In this document: piece by piece, positions 62,461 to 64,000 of the stretch
Layout of the letters: each line of letters starts with the position of its first letter
Numbering within the stretch: the stretch's first letter is position 1
Source of the DNA: Selaginella moellendorffii
Lineage: Eukaryota > Plantae > Lycopodiophyta
Assembly (NCBI RefSeq): GCF_000143415.4
Contig: NW_003314262.1
Location: forward strand, 1,663,960 to 1,727,959
Length of the DNA stretch: 64,000 nucleotides
Reading direction: 5' to 3'
Notes under the pieces: generated by a model
Told to the model about the DNA's origin: nothing
Database searches by the model: none
Seen by the model: the letters and a program-made list of their open reading frames with translations, nothing else
Translations under genes and position numbers: made by a program

Positions 62461-62878
62461 ACAGACAAACGGAAAGGGTGAATAGGCAGCTGGAGGATTA
62501 TTTGCGATGCTATGTCTCGGGAGACCAGACCGATTGGGTAAGTCATTTGGGACTTGCGGAAATGTGTTATAATAACTCACCACATTCGAGTATCGGGGTG
62601 AGTCCATGGGAAGTCATCAATGAGCGAGCTATTGAAGGTCCTGTGGAACTCGGCGTGGCCGAGTATCATGGAGAGTTACCCGCAGTGGAGGCATTCACAG
62701 TGGAAAGACTCAACATTTGGAATCTAGTGAGGGATTCTTTGGAACGGGCACAACAAAGGCAAACCAAGTACGCAAACCAGAAGTGCCGGGACGTAGAGTT
62801 CCAAGCTGGGGAGAAGGTGTGGCTGAACACCAAGAACCTCAAGCTACCAAGTGGGATCAGCCGAAAGTTGACCCAAAG

Positions 62879-62930
62879 GTAAAAATGCATGTATTCCTGT
62901 AAATGAATTGATCTTGAGTTCCTTAAGCAG
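62879..62930 (+). other. 52-nt GT-AG intron in the integrase C-terminal region
   Basis: caaag|GTAAAA...TTAAGCAG|gttcgcggggccttac. Removal restores KLTQRFAGPY and the frame into the chromodomain. Confidence 0.85.
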
Positions 62931-64000
62931 GTTCGCGGGGCCTTACGAGAATAAGGCTCGAATCGGTAAAGTGGCTTACCGTCTCCGACTTCCTCGAGAG
63001 ATGGGGAAGATGCATCCCATGTTCCACGTGAACTTACTCAAGCCGTATTTTGAGGATCCATTTCGCAAGGACCAAGTAAGACCTTTACCTGAGGTTATCC
63101 AAGGGGAAGAGGAATACGAAGTCGAGGCCATCCTCAATGCGCGCAAGAGCAAGTGACAAGGACGCAAGGTGAGAGAGTTCTATGTGAAGTGGAAAGGATT
63201 TCCACACTGCAAAGCAACATGGGAACTGGAGGAGAACCTAGCGAACGCACGAGATCTAGTGGAGGAATTTTTGCAAGGCAGAACTCTATGTACTTATGCA
63301 AAGTTCAATTAAATGTATCAATTTGAGAAGTTGAGCAATGGCATATGTTGGGACCCAAAGGCGCGCCGAAGGTAAGCTAATTAGCATGGGTTAGGTAGGT
63401 CAACCAGGCATAGGGGACTACGCCCGACTCCCTACGGGGATGTCAAATCCGTAGACGTATTCTGGGTTCAAGTCCCAACCCCCTAGTAAAGCAAGGTTGG
63501 GTTCAAGTCCCAACCCCATACTAGGGCATGGTGAGGTGAGGAGTATAGGGACACCTATATTCCGTTGTCATCGGCTCTTGGCCCGGGAGGCTAACTTAGG
63601 CACACCGCTAAGTGGGGGGATGCCCCCAGAGACATGGTCAACAAGTCGTAGGATAAAAAAGAGACGTTCGATGTGGGCATCGAACTTCTTCTATGGGTGG
63701 TGGAGTTGTAAGGAACCAACTCACCGAGGTGTCATAGGCTAAAAGAGCCCCGAAAGCATGACCAAAATGATAAAGAGTTCATCGGATGGGACCAAGTCTA
63801 AGATCGAGTCCAAGACTGACTCTAAGACCGAGTTCGAGATAGAGTCCGGAATCGAGTCCGAGACCGACTCGGAGACCGAGTTCGAGACAGAGTCTGAGAT
63901 CCAAAATCGGGTCCAAGACCGAGTCTGAGGTCGAGTCTGAGGTCGAGTCCGAGGTCGGGTCCGAGATCGGGTCCGAGATTGAGGCCAAGATTGAGTCCGA

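Larger units (their letters stand above)
58545..63312 (+). pseudogene. Single-frame gag-pol polyprotein with about ten premature stops and three intron-like inserts
   Basis: CCHC knuckle CYNCGEVGHFSREC, protease [17 protein letters not shown], RNase H ETDASD, integrase HHCC and TMDF/ISDRD/TERVN, FAGPY, chromodomain EEYEVEAIL...FYVKWKGF...ATWE. ORFs at 58545, 58959, 59340, 60624 and 61731 share one frame. Confidence 0.95.
57330..64000 (+). mobile_element. Family C Ty3/gypsy chromovirus: 5' LTR 57330-58485, PBS(iMet) 58489-58500, PPT 63695-63706, 3' LTR from 63707 past the window end
   Basis: tgtaagga...ggcttaca LTR, tggtatcagagc PBS, and domain order gag-PR-RT-RH-IN-chromodomain. Confidence 0.96.

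Noticed and set aside
63290-63330. Possible fourth intron after the chromodomain (GTACTT...GAGAAG, 41 nt)
   Set aside because: Weak splice signals, and no conserved protein motif is restored by removing it.

Overview
Eukaryotic land-plant genomic DNA. Very short GT-AG introns (about 45-130 nt), tiny intergenic gaps and the gene set suggest a compact lycophyte such as Selaginella (inference). Bases 1-25.7 kb are gene-dense: a divergent PEBP (FT/TFL1/MFT-family) gene, a FRIGIDA-like gene, a PPR gene, a rhomboid-like UBA gene, a coiled-coil gene with CEP126-like motifs, a SUPERMAN-type C2H2/EAR gene, a decayed REase-like plus fungal-type kinase gene, RabA5, an F-box/LRR gene, an acyl-CoA thioesterase and mosaic pseudogene fragments. 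Bases 26.4-64 kb are a nested LTR-retrotransposon island with three LTR families, named A, B and C here. A and B are non-coding LARD-like elements. C is a Ty3/gypsy chromovirus with a stop-riddled gag-pol. The main finding is that the family C gag-pol carries host-sized spliceosomal-type introns. One of them (62879-62930) must be spliced out to join the integrase core to the GPY/F motif and chromodomain. Families A and C also share twin tRNA T-arm/B-box hairpins and an identical PPT, and all three families share an LTR core motif.
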